In this document: positions 41,868 to 52,379 of the stretch, in pieces
How positions within the stretch are numbered: the first letter of the stretch is position 1
Layout: each line of letters starts with the position of its first letter
Source: an uncultured Gemmataceae bacterium
GTDB lineage: Bacteria > Planctomycetota > Planctomycetia > Gemmatales > Gemmataceae
Assembly (NCBI GenBank): GCA_963750165.1
Contig: CAVVPN010000003.1
Span: forward strand, 1,408,001 to 1,472,000
Length of the DNA: 64,000 nt
Reading direction: 5' to 3'
Translations under genes and position numbers: made by a program
Notes under the pieces: generated by a model
The model's input: only the letters and a program-made list of their open reading frames with translations
Databases searched by the model: none
What the model was told of the DNA's origin: nothing

Positions 41868-43716
41868 TCACGACTTCGGCGTGTCGCCTTTGGGCCGCAG
41901 GTTGCGCAGCCGCGCGTTGAGCGAGTGCTCCTCCGCGACGACCGCCGGGACCGGCGATGGCCGATCCGGGCCGGAGCCGGTCTTACGCTCGTGCATCTCC
42001 TCCCGCAGTTTTTGCACCGGGGCCAGCCGCTCGCGCATGTTGTGCTCGCGCTGCAGCCGCTCCGTCTCCAACCGGATGTCCTCGCGCATCCGCTCCATGC
42101 GCGTCCGCTCGCGGGCCATCTCGGCACGCTCGCGGGCCATCTCCAGCTCCAGCTCGCGCGTCGCCTCGTCCAGCTCGGCGTTGCGGTCGCGAAACATCTG
42201 GATTTCCTGGTTCAACCGGGCCTGGTCCGCCTCCAGCTGGCGGCGGTACTGGTTCAATTCTTCCTCGTAGAGATTGAAGTCCGCCTCGGACTCGGGCGAC
42301 CGCTCCCGCTTCTTCCCCGCCTCCGCCAGCTGGGCGTCTTTTTCCTGGAGCAGTTTCCGCAGTAGCTCGACCTCGGCCTGGAGCGCCGGCGCGTCCGGGA
42401 CCGGCGGCGGGGCCTGGGGATGTGCCTGCAGGGCGTGCCGGAGCCGCTCGTGTTCGGCGTTCAGGGCGTGCTTCATCCGTTCGTGCTCCGCGTGCAGCGC
42501 CTTCAACTGGTCCTGGTGCCGCTGCTCGTCGTCCTGCAGCGTTTGCAGCAGCGCCTTCTGATCCTGGCGCATGGCCTGCACTTCCTCGTCGCGCCGCTGC
42601 TGCACCTCCGCCAGCGCCTGCCGCAACCGTTCGTTCTCCTGATGGAGCGCGTCCGCCGCGTCGCCCTGCGGCGCAGGCGCGGCGGGCAACTTTTCCAGTT
42701 CGGCCACCATGGCCGCGATGCTGGCGCCTGCTCGCGCAGGGCCTGCTCTGCCTCCGTGATGGCGACACACTGCCGCTCCAGCCGTGCCCGCACGTCCGCC
42801 TGGGCTGTCAACCAATCCGCACGCATGCTCGGGGTCCTCTCGGGGTCCGTCTGCAATTCCTGGAGCCGTTTGGCCAGTTCCGCCTGGCCCTGCGCCAGCC
42901 GGGCCCGCTCCTGATCCAGCCTGGCCTGCTGCTGCTCGACCTCCTGCGCGGCCCACTGCACCTCCAGCCGCCGCCGCTCCAGCTCGGCCGCCAGTTTCCG
43001 CTTCGTGAGGCGGGCCTCCTGCTCGCTCTGCCGCCGCCGTTCCGCTGCCTCGGCGTCCAGGGCCGCCCGCCGCGCCTTCAGTTCGTCGTCGAACTGACGG
43101 ATGCTCTTCTGCAGGACCATCTGCTCCTTGCGCAGCAGTTCGCGGTCGCAACTCAGGTCGCGCTCGCCTTCCTCCAGCAGCCGTAACCGCTGCTCGTAGT
43201 CGCACACCCGGCGCGCAGGCCGGACAGCTGTTGCCGAATCGCGACCGGCGGCACCCCATTCGCCGGCGCGGCCGCCGGGCGCTGCCGGAGCGCCTGCCGC
43301 AGCCGCAGCGCCTGGCGGACGAGGTTCTTCCGCGAGCGCTGCAGGCGCTGGATCAGGCGCTCGTCCGCCGCGGGCCGGGCCGGGGCGGCGCCGGGCAGGT
43401 GGACGCGGAAGCTGAAGGGGCCGATCTGCAGCAGGTCGCCGTCCGTCAGGCGCTCCTCGCGAATCTTGTTGCCGTTGACGCGGGTGCCGGCGCGGCTGCC
43501 GAGATCACGGATGCGGAAGCCGTCGGGCTGGCGACTGATGACGCAGTGCGCGTGCGAGATGTCCGGGGCGTCGAGCCCCAAATCGCAGCCGCGGGCCCGG
43601 CCGATCAGCAGCGCGTCCTGATCGAGCAGCCGGTTGCAGCGCGCGGTGGTGCCGTGGACCAGAATCAGCGAGGGCTTGGTCAAATCGGTGGTGGCGTCGT
43701 CGTGTTTGCTGGTCAT
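41868..43716 (-). CDS. FHA-domain protein with long coiled coil (frameshifts near 43205 and 42720)
   Basis: IGRARGCD, ISHAHC, DLGSRAGTRVNG, GDLLQIG; Glu/Arg/Gln-rich heptads continue over three frames. Confidence 0.75.
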
Positions 43717-43924
43717 GGTGAATCCCGTGGGCAGGTGTTTCGGTTCGGGCTGTGCGGGTGGTGGTTGAATCCTGCGACGGGACGCGCAACTATAGCTCAA
43801 AAACTGCGGGGAAGCGTCCGAAAGCCTGTCCCGCGAGCCGGGAGCAGCAGGACGTGGGAAAAACTCGACGGCTCGGGAGAGCCGTCCTACGGTTCGTGGT
43901 CAACGCGCCTGGGAACGGGCCGCG

Positions 43925-45280
43925 TCAGCCGGCCGTCAGCAGTGGTCGCAGTTCCCCCGCGAAAAACACCGATCCGGTGACGCAGATCAGGTCCGCCGGC
44001 CGCGCCGTTGCCACCGCCGCTTGCCATGCCTCGGCCGGTGTCGCGTAAAGGCTGTGCGCGCCGCCGCCCACCGCCTGCCAGTGTCCCGCCAGCGTCTCGG
44101 CGGGGACGGCCCGCGGGTTGTGCGTGTAGCGCGTCAGGTAGGCGTGCGTGAACAGCGGCGCCAGCACGCGCAGCATCCCGGACAGATCCTTGTCGCTGCT
44201 GCCGGCGAAGACCAGGTGCCGCTGCGCCTCCGCCGCGAACGCTGCCGGGAACGTCGTCCACAGCGTGTCCGCCAGCGCCTGCGCCGACGCCACGTTATGG
44301 GCGCAGTCCAGCAGCACCAGCGGCGCCCGCCGCACCACCTCCAGCCGCGCCGGCCACGATACCTCCGCCAGCCCCGCCGCCAGCGCCGCGTCCGGCACGT
44401 GCAGCCCCTCGGCCCGCAGCTGCTCCGTCGCCGCCACCACCAGCGCCGCGTTCTGCGCCTGGTGCTCGCCCAGCAGCGCCAGCTCCAGCGGCGGCCACTG
44501 CCGATCGCGCGTCGCCACGAACACGCGCGGCGGCCGCTGAGCCTCCGCGGTCAGGCAGCCCGGCTCGTAGCGGTAGCGGAAGTCCACGCCGAGCTGCCGC
44601 AGCGGCGCGCCACGCGCGCGGCAGACGCGCTCGATGACCGCCCGCGCTTCCGGCACGCGCACGCCGCTCAGCGCCGGCTGGCCCGGCTTGACGATGCCCG
44701 CCTTCTCGAAGGCGATCTGCGCCAGCGTGTCGCCCAGCTGCTGCGTGTGATCGTAGCTGATGCTCGTGAGGATCGACAGCAGCGGCACGCAGACGTTGGT
44801 CGAGTCGAAGCGACCGCCCAGGCCGACCTCGACCACCGCCACCTCGACCCGCCGCCGTACGAAGTGCAGAAAGCCCAGCGCCGTCGCCACCTCGAAGAAC
44901 GTCACTGCTGCCGCGTCCGCCGGCCGCCGGGCGTCCAGCTCGCTCACCACCGGCGCCAGGTCTGTCAGCACCGCCGCCAGTTCTTCCCGGCTGATCGGCA
45001 CACCATCGACCTGCACGCGCTCCTCGACCCGGCACAGGTGCGGCGACGTGAACAGACCGGTGCGGTAGCCGGCCCGCCGCAGCGCCGCCGCCAGCATGGC
45101 GCTGGTCGAGCCCTTGCCCTTGCTGCCGGCGACGTGGACGATGCGCAGCCGCTCCTGCGGATTGCCCAGCCGGTCGAGCAGGGCGTGCATGCGGTCCAGC
45201 TTCAGGTCGCTCGGTTTGGGGGAGCGCTGTTCGTAGTTGACGCGGCCGAACCAGAACTGCACGGCCTGCTCGTAGGTCAT
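43925..45280 (-). CDS. folC: Folylpolyglutamate/dihydrofolate synthase
   Basis: HVAGSKGKGST, FTSPHL, TFFE, EVGLGGRFDSTN, LDCAHN, VTGSVF. Confidence 0.93.
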   Translation of the reverse strand: MTYEQAVQFWFGRVNYEQRSPKPSDLKLDRMHALLDRLGNPQERLRIVHVAGSKGKGSTSAMLAAALRRAGYRTGLFTSPHLCRVEERVQVDGVPISREELAAVLTDLAPVVSELDARRPADAAAVTFFEVATALGFLHFVRRRVEVAVVEVGLGGRFDSTNVCVPLLSILTSISYDHTQQLGDTLAQIAFEKAGIVKPGQPALSGVRVPEARAVIERVCRARGAPLRQLGVDFRYRYEPGCLTAEAQRPPRVFVATRDRQWPPLELALLGEHQAQNAALVVAATEQLRAEGLHVPDAALAAGLAEVSWPARLEVVRRAPLVLLDCAHNVASAQALADTLWTTFPAAFAAEAQRHLVFAGSSDKDLSGMLRVLAPLFTHAYLTRYTHNPRAVPAETLAGHWQAVGGGAHSLYATPAEAWQAAVATARPADLICVTGSVFFAGELRPLLTAG

Positions 45281-45284
45281 CACG

Positions 45285-47717
45285 TCACCCCGACACGTCG
45301 GGCGGCTGCGTCCGCAGCAGGGCCTCGATGCGCCGCTGCCACTGCAACGGCTCGCACAGCAGTTCCTTCGACAGCACCACATTCGCCCCGGCCGCCAGCC
45401 CCTGCTCGATGTCGTCCTCGGTCACCTGCGTGAACAGGGCGATGCGCAGATTCGCCAGCGCGGGGACCGTCCGCAATTTCTCACACAGCGCGATGCCGTC
45501 CATGCCCGGCAGCTTGCGGTCCAGCAGCATCAGGTCGGGCCGCTCCTGCTGCAAGTAGTCCCAGGCCGCCTCGGCGCTGGTCAGCCAGGTAAGCTGGAAG
45601 CCGGCCCGCTGGGCGAAGCGCTCCACCAGCCGGCCGATCTCGGCCATGTCCTCGACGAGCAGCAGTCTCGCCCCCGGCACCGCCGGCGCCGGCGGCGGCG
45701 GCAGCGCCTCGGTGGCGCGGCGGCCGTTGAGCCGGGTCTCGGCGAGCAACCGTGACGGTTTCTCCGGGGCGCGCGGCAGCGTGAAGTAGAAGGCGGCGCC
45801 CTGGCCCGGCTGCGACTCGACCCAGAGCCGGCCGCCGTGCGCCTCGACGATGCGCTTGCAGATGGCCAGGCCGGCGCCGGTGCCCTCGAACTCGTCGTTG
45901 AGGTGCAGCCGCTGGAAGATGTTGAAAATCTGCTCGTGGTGCTGCGGGTCAATGCCGATGCCGTTGTCGCGCACGTACAGCGTCACCCACCCTGGGTCGG
46001 CCGCATCGGTTGCCTGGCCGAGGCAGACCCGCGGCGTCGCGCTGCGGTTGTACTTCAGACCGTTGCTGACCAGGTTCATCACCAGCTGTGTGATGCCCTC
46101 CGGATCGCCCAGGACAGTCGGCAGCGGCCCCTCGGTGTGAAAGCTGGCCTCCTTGCGCTGCATCAGGTCGCCGAGGTACTGGCGGACCTGGGCCACGGCC
46201 GCGTTCAGGTCGAACGGTTGCGGCGCCCGCGTGACCCGGCCGATGCGCGACAGCTTCAGCAAATCCTCAATGCGCTTCTTGAGGCGGCGGCTGGCGGACA
46301 GCAGGTGGTTGATGCACTCGAAGCCGTCGGGGCCGAGTTGCAGCGAAAACTCGCGGGCCAGATCCTGGCTGTACGCCTCCAGGGTGTTGAGCGGTTCCTT
46401 GAGGTCGTGGGAGACGACGTAGTTGTAGGCGTCGAGTTCAGCGTTGATCTTGCGGAGGCCGGCGTTGGCCTGCTCCAGTTCGTCGCGGCGGCGGCGTAGC
46501 TCGTTGGCCAGCCGGCTGCGCTCGGTCACGTCCTGGGCGGCGCTGCGCGAGCGGATGAAGCGGCCCTGGGAGTCGCACAGCGGTTCGCTGAGGATCCACA
46601 CGTCGATGATGGTGCCGTCGCTTTTGAGCCAGCGCGTCTCAACCTGGTCGGCCCGCTGGTAGGCGGCCGGGGCCTGCTCAAAGGCGTCGCGGCTTTCCGG
46701 CGGCAGCAGGCGGGTGTACGGCTGCCGCAGCAGGTCGCGGCGCTCGAAGCCCAGCGTCCGCAGCAAGGTGTCATTGAAGAACACCAGCCGGCCCTGGGCG
46801 TCGAGGCTGAAGTACATCACCGGGGCGTTGTTGTACAGGTCGTAGGAGCGCTCCGTGAGCTGGGCCAGGCGCTCGTTGGCCTGCGACAGCTCCTCGGTGC
46901 GGCGCCGCAGTTCCTGCTCGGCGCGGATGCGGTCGGTGATGTCAATGAGGTAGCAGCGGAACTGCTCGGGACTGCCTTCATCGGTGTAGCGCGTGAGCAC
47001 GTCCACAAGGACGTGGCGCTCCTCGCGGCGCGGGCCGGCGAGCAGGCGGGCGGTCAGATGATGGCGTTCGCCGGTCTGCAGCGCCTCGGCGAAGCCGGCC
47101 TGGACGGGGTGGGCGTCGTCGGGATGAACCACGTCCAGGAACGAATGGCCGTTGAGTTCGGCGAGCGGTCGGCCGAGGAGTCGCTGCAGCGCGGGGGTGG
47201 CGGTCAGCCAGTGCAGGGTGGGCGTCAGCCGCGCGACCATGTTGCGGCTGGAGCCGGTGGTGCGCTGCAGGACGGTGAGGCGCTGGCCCTTGAGCGAGTC
47301 GGCCGCGTCGAGTTTGAACTTGAGGCGCTCGACTTTTTGCTGATGCTGGACGCAGTCGGCGAGGGCCTGGCGGTACAGGGCGCACAGGCGGCGCACCGCG
47401 TCAAACAGGCCGGCCAGGGCGCGATCCGGGAGCAGCTGGGGCGGCGTTTCGGGGGTGGTGTTTGCGGTGGCGTTGGCGCAGAAGGCGGCGAGGCTGTCCG
47501 CCAGCTGGTGGGCGAGATCGCGGCCGCGCCGGCAGGCGACCGCGGCGGTGGCGCAGGCGGTCAGGCCGGTCAGCAGGGCGACGAGGGCCGCCTGTTCGAG
47601 GAGCAGCAGGCCGTCCGCGGCGGCGCCGCGCAGCGTGACGTGCAGGCTGAACAGGACGGCGGCCCCCAGCCCCAGCAACAGGCTCCAGACGGCGACACGC
47701 CAGATTGATGCGGGCAT
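45285..47717 (-). CDS. Membrane PAS-PAS hybrid histidine kinase with receiver domain
   Basis: Two TMs, VHPDD/DITDR and DVTER PAS ends, SHDLKEPL H-box, DNGIG, GTGAGL, LLVED and LDRKLPGMDG. Confidence 0.92.
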   Translation of the reverse strand: MPASIWRVAVWSLLLGLGAAVLFSLHVTLRGAAADGLLLLEQAALVALLTGLTACATAAVACRRGRDLAHQLADSLAAFCANATANTTPETPPQLLPDRALAGLFDAVRRLCALYRQALADCVQHQQKVERLKFKLDAADSLKGQRLTVLQRTTGSSRNMVARLTPTLHWLTATPALQRLLGRPLAELNGHSFLDVVHPDDAHPVQAGFAEALQTGERHHLTARLLAGPRREERHVLVDVLTRYTDEGSPEQFRCYLIDITDRIRAEQELRRRTEELSQANERLAQLTERSYDLYNNAPVMYFSLDAQGRLVFFNDTLLRTLGFERRDLLRQPYTRLLPPESRDAFEQAPAAYQRADQVETRWLKSDGTIIDVWILSEPLCDSQGRFIRSRSAAQDVTERSRLANELRRRRDELEQANAGLRKINAELDAYNYVVSHDLKEPLNTLEAYSQDLAREFSLQLGPDGFECINHLLSASRRLKKRIEDLLKLSRIGRVTRAPQPFDLNAAVAQVRQYLGDLMQRKEASFHTEGPLPTVLGDPEGITQLVMNLVSNGLKYNRSATPRVCLGQATDAADPGWVTLYVRDNGIGIDPQHHEQIFNIFQRLHLNDEFEGTGAGLAICKRIVEAHGGRLWVESQPGQGAAFYFTLPRAPEKPSRLLAETRLNGRRATEALPPPPAPAVPGARLLLVEDMAEIGRLVERFAQRAGFQLTWLTSAEAAWDYLQQERPDLMLLDRKLPGMDGIALCEKLRTVPALANLRIALFTQVTEDDIEQGLAAGANVVLSKELLCEPLQWQRRIEALLRTQPPDVSG

Positions 47718-47821
47718 ACGGCATCCATTGCTGCACACGCGAGAAATTGCCAGCACACACTATACATAGATAGGCGCGCTTTTGCCATGAGCCAAACGAG
47801 CGGCCGCAGGTGAGAGTGGTG

Positions 47822-48058
47822 TCAGGGCATTCGCAGCAGAACTTCCCAGGTGGCCGGGACGGCCACGGCATCCAGCATCCGAAGAAGCCGCTCCAGGTCG
47901 GTGCTGGACATCACCGCCGCCCGGACGGCGTCGTCTGGGGGACCAAGTTGGCGTTCACCGAATGCCAGGAGCAGGTTTCTAGCCGTCAGAAGCTAGCCCT
48001 CTCGGTAACCGGCCATGAACCTGTCATAAGCGGTTTCGGAACTGTCCTGGTCACTCAC
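47822..48058 (-). pseudogene. Stand-alone paralog of the Rpn C-terminal domain with one in-frame TAG (47993-47995)
   Basis: AAGGAG RBS and GTG start; VSDQDSSETAYDRFMAGYREG*LLTARNLLLAFGERQLGPPDDAVRAAVMSSTDLERLLRMLDAVAVPATWEVLLRMP aligns to the tail of the adjacent Rpn protein. Confidence 0.7.
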
Positions 48059-48130
48059 GGGTGGGTTCTCCTTCGCGTCCGCCGAAAACCAGAGGTTCAC
48101 TTACTCTTCCCGGTGCCGGCGCCTGGGATT

Positions 48131-48367
48131 TTATTGTTCTTTTAGCAGGTCTTCCCAACTGGTCGCCTTGTGTGCCCGTCGTGCCAGCCGATGAAAGGTG
48201 GCCACATCCGTAATGCTGGCCAGGGCGGCGCGTGTGGCCTCATCTGCCGGCCCCAGGAACTCCTCACCGAGCTCAAGCAATAAATCCAGGGCCGCCTGGC
48301 GGGCCTCCTGGAGGCCCTTCTGACGACCTTCTTCCAGGATGGCCATGTAGGTCGAAGATTCGTGCAT
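48131..48367 (-). CDS. Predicted in-frame internal small protein (RpnS-like antitoxin)
   Basis: AAGGGAG lies 8 nt upstream of the internal ATG of MHESSTY. Confidence 0.6.
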   Translation of the reverse strand: MHESSTYMAILEEGRQKGLQEARQAALDLLLELGEEFLGPADEATRAALASITDVATFHRLARRAHKATSWEDLLKEQ

Positions 48368-49009
48368 GCCATTGACTCCCTTGAACAGCTGTTTGGCGAA
48401 CTCCTCCGGGCCCCGCAGCCCGGTCAACACGAATGCCGCGGTCAGCAACCGGCCAACCTGGTCCGGCGATGCCTCGCGGTGCAGCCGCTCCTCCATCTGT
48501 TTTACGACCGCCGCCAGACCCGCCGACAACTCCACGCCCGGCGGCAGCTGGCCCAGCGGCGCCAGCGGCAGCACGCCCACCTCGGCCGCCAGCAAGGTTG
48601 CCACCGGCACTTCCCACAAGCGAACCGTTTCGTACTTGAACTCCATTTTACCCCGTTTGGGGCGTGGCGCGTAGTGGATGCGGCCGTTCAGGTTGCGGTG
48701 CGCCGCCTCCGGGCGCAGCAACGTGACGGTCGAATGCACAGGCACGTCGTATTGGCGATGCAGCAGGCTATTGTACACCAGCACGTCGCGGTGCTTGCGG
48801 GCCGACGCGCTTACCTGGAAGTCGAAGTGGGAGATCTCCTGCAACGGGTCGCCCAGTCCCAGCACCAGGTCGGCCGCAGTGGTCACCGTGGACAGGTCCG
48901 GGTTGAGCACCGTCACCGGCAGCGCAGTCGGCGCGTCGAACAACGCCAGCAGACCGCCCGGGCTGACCGCGCCCAGGTCTTTCAACGTCGCGTCGAAGGG
49001 ATGCGACAT
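48131..49009 (-). CDS. Rpn/YhgA-like PD-(D/E)XK-family protein
   Basis: GGAGGAG RBS; FDATLK, AD..HFDFQ, VRLWE, LPLAPL, ESSTY..I.EEG, C-terminal TD..WEDLL. Confidence 0.8.
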   Translation of the reverse strand: MSHPFDATLKDLGAVSPGGLLALFDAPTALPVTVLNPDLSTVTTAADLVLGLGDPLQEISHFDFQVSASARKHRDVLVYNSLLHRQYDVPVHSTVTLLRPEAAHRNLNGRIHYAPRPKRGKMEFKYETVRLWEVPVATLLAAEVGVLPLAPLGQLPPGVELSAGLAAVVKQMEERLHREASPDQVGRLLTAAFVLTGLRGPEEFAKQLFKGVNGMHESSTYMAILEEGRQKGLQEARQAALDLLLELGEEFLGPADEATRAALASITDVATFHRLARRAHKATSWEDLLKEQ

Positions 49010-49076
49010 GACTCCTCCTTTATAAACCCCGAAAGCCGGAAGGGGCAAAGCGCAGAGCGCACGCCACCCCTTCCGG

Positions 49077-49111
49077 CCACGGACCACGGACCACGGACTG
49101 CGGACCACGGA
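49077..49111. repeat. Heptamer tandem repeat (ccacgga) x5
   Basis: ccacgga ccacgga ccacgga ctgcgga ccacgga. Confidence 0.85.
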
Positions 49112-49114
49112 CGA

Positions 49115-49240
49115 TTAGCGCGGTTTGCAGGTGCGTGTAGCGGGTAGTAGGTCCGGCGAGCCGAGCCGGACCCGCAGCGGGTGCCGCTCGGCTCGCGGCA
49201 CCTACCCCAGACCGCTACACCCAACCGCAATCCACTTTAG
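49115..49240. mobile_element. MITE-like shell related to 5774-5900, enclosing a different GTAG REP doublet
   Basis: ttagcgcggtttgc..gtgtagcgg / ccgctacac..gcaatccactttag; inner gtaggtccggcgagccgagccggacc / ggtgccgctcggctcgcggcacctac. Confidence 0.55.
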
Positions 49241-51419
49241 CCGCCCTGCACCGGCAGACACACCTGCTCCAGCAGTTTCTCGCAGCGGTCCTGCAGCAGG
49301 TCGGCCAGGTTCGGCAGTGGTTGGCCCTCCGGCAGCGTCTCGCCCAGCGCCGCCAGGAAGCGCGGGAAACCGTACAGCACCGCGAAGCCGTCCAGGCTCA
49401 CCGCCTCCAGCCGCGCGTGCCGGCCGCGCCGCTCCGCGTCCTGCCACAGCGTCTTGCTCTTGCCGGTCAAGGACAGGTCATCCTCGGGCCGCAGCAGAAT
49501 CAGGTGGTCGATTAACGGCGGCGTCGCTTCCAGTGAGCCGAGCTTGGTCTCCAGGTCCTTCGGCTTGCCGGGACCGCGGCCCAGGAACAGGCCGACGCCG
49601 AGCTTCCACGGCTGGCCATCCTTGCACGCCCAGTGCGCGATCGTCAGCACGCCATAGGTCGGGTGCTCGCCGAACGTCAGCTCGCCGACGACGTGCTGCA
49701 ACCGCCACGGCCCCACCTTGACGCCGTGGTCCTGGCACAGTTGCAGGAACGCGCCGAGGCCCGCCTGCAGCTCGCGCGTCGCGCCGGTCAACGCGCCCTC
49801 GGGCTCCAGTTGACGGCGGCCGCTGCGCAGTTCCTGGTCCCACAGTTCGCCGAGGTTCACCTTGACCGGGACTGGCGGCGCGACGGATGGGTTGCTGCGC
49901 CAGGCCGCCAGCGGCAGAAACAGCGGGCGTCGGTTCTGCCGCTTGCGGCTGCGCGGGCGTCGGCGTTTCCACAATCGTCACCGACTTCACAACCGCCGCA
50001 GATTCGGCCGCCGACAGGCGGTTCTCTGCCGGGGCGGGCGCGTCCACCGCGGTCGCGGACTCGCCGTAGACCAGGTGGTCGAACAGATGGCGGAACTGCT
50101 GCAGCATGTCGCGCAGCGTCGGCTCCGTGCGGGCGATGCGATGCACCTGCTCCTCGGTGAACGGATAGATCGACGGCAGTTCGTCGGCGGTGCCGATCTC
50201 GTCCAGCACCGGCCGCAGTCGGGCCTCAACGACGCGGCACACCAGCTCCGGCGGCGGGCTCTCCAGCCGCAGCGCCTTGATGGTGCCGTGGCCGGGCACG
50301 TGGACGGGGTTGTTGAGCCGGTCCTGGATGTAGCCGTCCAGCGACGGCACGAAGCGATTCCACAGGCCGCGCTCCGCGAACACCAGGAAGCACATGCCGT
50401 CGATCTGGTGCATGGCGTGAACGATGCCGGCGAAGAACGCCTCGGCACCGCGCCGGCCGTCGTCGGCGCGGCGGGCCAGCAGCAAATCCTCCAGCTGGTC
50501 GAACGCGACCACCACCGGAATCTTCAGGCTCAGGAAGACCTGCATCAGCTCCTTGAGCAGCGCCAGCACCAGGTCCTGCCGGCTCGGCCGCACCTTGAAA
50601 TCCAGCTCCGCGAAGCCGTAGGTCAGGAAGTTGGCCAGGTCCGCCTCGTCGCCCAGCAGCGCCGCCCGCGCGAAGCCCTGGCGCATGCTGGCGGCGCATC
50701 AGGCCGGCGGTGTTGTGCGCCTCGGTGCGCTCCACGTGCCGGCACAGCACCTCGCAGGCGCGCTCCGGTGACACTCCACTGTCACTGCAAACGCGCCGCA
50801 CCGGCGTGGCGCCGCCGGGCTGCGTCGCCGGCCGCGCCAGCTGGTCGATCAGCCACTGCGTCCGCTCCTGCGCCTGCGACGTGCCCAGGCCCAGCTTGCG
50901 CGCCCAGCCGGCCAGCCCCGGCGCTGGGAACAACCCCAGTTGCTCGTCCCGGGTCAGAGCCGCTCAGCGCCCGTGCAGCAGTCGGCGGCACAGCTCCTCG
51001 CCGACGAACTCCAGCGGCCGCGTGCCGCGCTGACGGGCGCCGCCGAGCAGCGTGTCGATCACCTGGAACAGCAAATATTCCAGGAATTCCGTGTCCTTCT
51101 GGTAGGTGCCCGGCGTCACCAGCAGCTGCCAGGCGCCCTCGTCGCCGTGCTTGATCGAGTGCAGCAGATGTGTCTTGCCGGCGCCCTTGTTTCCGAGGAT
51201 CGGCACCACCTCGGAGTGCGTCGTCGGGTCGTAGCGGTACAGGTCCACGACGCCCAGCAGCTGGGTGCGCTCGCGGGCGAACAGCTCGGCGACGTGGAAG
51301 CGGGCGCAGACCTCATCATCGGGGTTGCGCGCGAAGTAGTTGCGGAAGGGGTTGCCGGCGCGGCGGAAGACATCCAGGGCGTGCTCGTGCAGGACCGGGG
51401 CGGCGAAGTTAACGGACAT
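49237..51419 (-). CDS. Large P-loop/AAA-type ATPase of about 725 aa (frameshifts near 50965, 50690 and 49915)
   Basis: GGAGGAG RBS, NPF, Walker A GNKGAGKT, Walker B VVVAFDQLE, YPF, R-containing lid and an alpha/beta C-terminal domain, spread over four ORF segments. Confidence 0.75.
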
Positions 51420-51452
51420 GGGTACTCCTCCATGAGTGGGGTTGCCTGGGAG

Positions 51453-52280
51453 TCACCGGGCAACAGACGGGCCGCTCCGTGGCGGAAAGCCGTCGGGGAC
51501 CAATGGGTTGTTCAAGGGCGAATAGTGGTAGTGCAGCGCCGGGTCCAGGAACCGCCCCGGCAACATCAATTCGTCGGCGACGAAGAAGGCGTTGACGCCG
51601 GTCGAGTCGGTGGCGACCAGCGTGTAGCCCTTCTCGCGCCCCAGGGCCGCCAGCGACGCCAGGCTGGCCCCGAAGTAATTGCTGCCATCCCAGCGGTGCG
51701 CGGGGTTCTCCTGCATCACCCACAGCGCCGGCGGTGGATGCGTCGCGTTGTACTCGATCACCACCAGCCGCGGCCGCCAACGGTGGACCGCCCGCCAGAC
51801 CCAGTAATCGTTGCTGTCGATGTCGATCGACAGCACGTCAAGGTCCGCCGGCACCTCCTGGGCAGCGAGCAGGGCCTCGATGTTCGCGGAGGTGACCACC
51901 TCCCGGACGCAGCGCACCCGCGGACAGTCGCGATAGTTCGCCGTCAGCTTGGCGAAGTGCTCGGCGTCCGCTTCGAGGAACAATCCCGCCCAGCCCTCCA
52001 CGCAGGCCAGCCGGGCACAGTTGCACTGCGTCCCCGACTCGACGCCGAACTCGACGAAGTAGCGGCGCGGGCGCCGATGCGCTGCAGAATCTCGCGGATG
52101 ATGCCGTCCTCGCCGTTCTGCGAACAGACGCGGTGTTCGTAGCCGCGCAGGTCGCCGGCCTCCAGCCAGCGGCGGCGCTGCGCGGCGCAGCAGCTGGTCG
52201 ATGTCGGCGCGCAGGCCGCCGGAGCGCACCAACCACAGGGCGCCGCGGACGACCGAGGCCAGGTTGCGCAAGAACGGCAT
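51453..52280 (-). CDS. FkbM-like methyltransferase (frameshifts near 52185 and 52070)
   Basis: SQNGEDGII, FVEFG, LSIDIDSNDYWVW, VIEYN, GASL, GVNAFFV. Confidence 0.75.
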   Translation of the reverse strand: MPFLRNLASVVRGALWLVRSGGLRADIDQLLRRAAPPLAGGRRPARLRTPRLFAERRGRHHPRDSAAHRRPRRYFVEFGVESGTQCNCARLACVEGWAGLFLEADAEHFAKLTANYRDCPRVRCVREVVTSANIEALLAAQEVPADLDVLSIDIDSNDYWVWRAVHRWRPRLVVIEYNATHPPPALWVMQENPAHRWDGSNYFGASLASLAALGREKGYTLVATDSTGVNAFFVADELMLPGRFLDPALHYHYSPLNNPLVPDGFPPRSGPSVAR

Positions 52281-52297
52281 GGAAACTTCCGTGTTGT

Positions 52298-52358
52298 GTC
52301 CGAGCCCGAGCGCCAGCGCGGGGCCAAGCGTGCCCCGCGCTGGCGCTCGGGCTCGGAC
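52298..52358. repeat. REP palindrome (same family as 26136)
   Basis: gtccgagcccgagcgccagcgcggggc..gccccgcgctggcgctcgggctcggac. Confidence 0.9.
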
Positions 52359-52379
52359 CAGTCGGCAGAAAAACCCCCG

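Noticed and set aside
47993..47995. In-frame TAG as pyrrolysine or recoding
   Set aside because: Other genes in the window use TAG as a normal stop and no pyl genes are present.
48131..49009. Rpn gene as a transposase or IS element
   Set aside because: No terminal repeats or target duplication around it; the family is not a true transposase.
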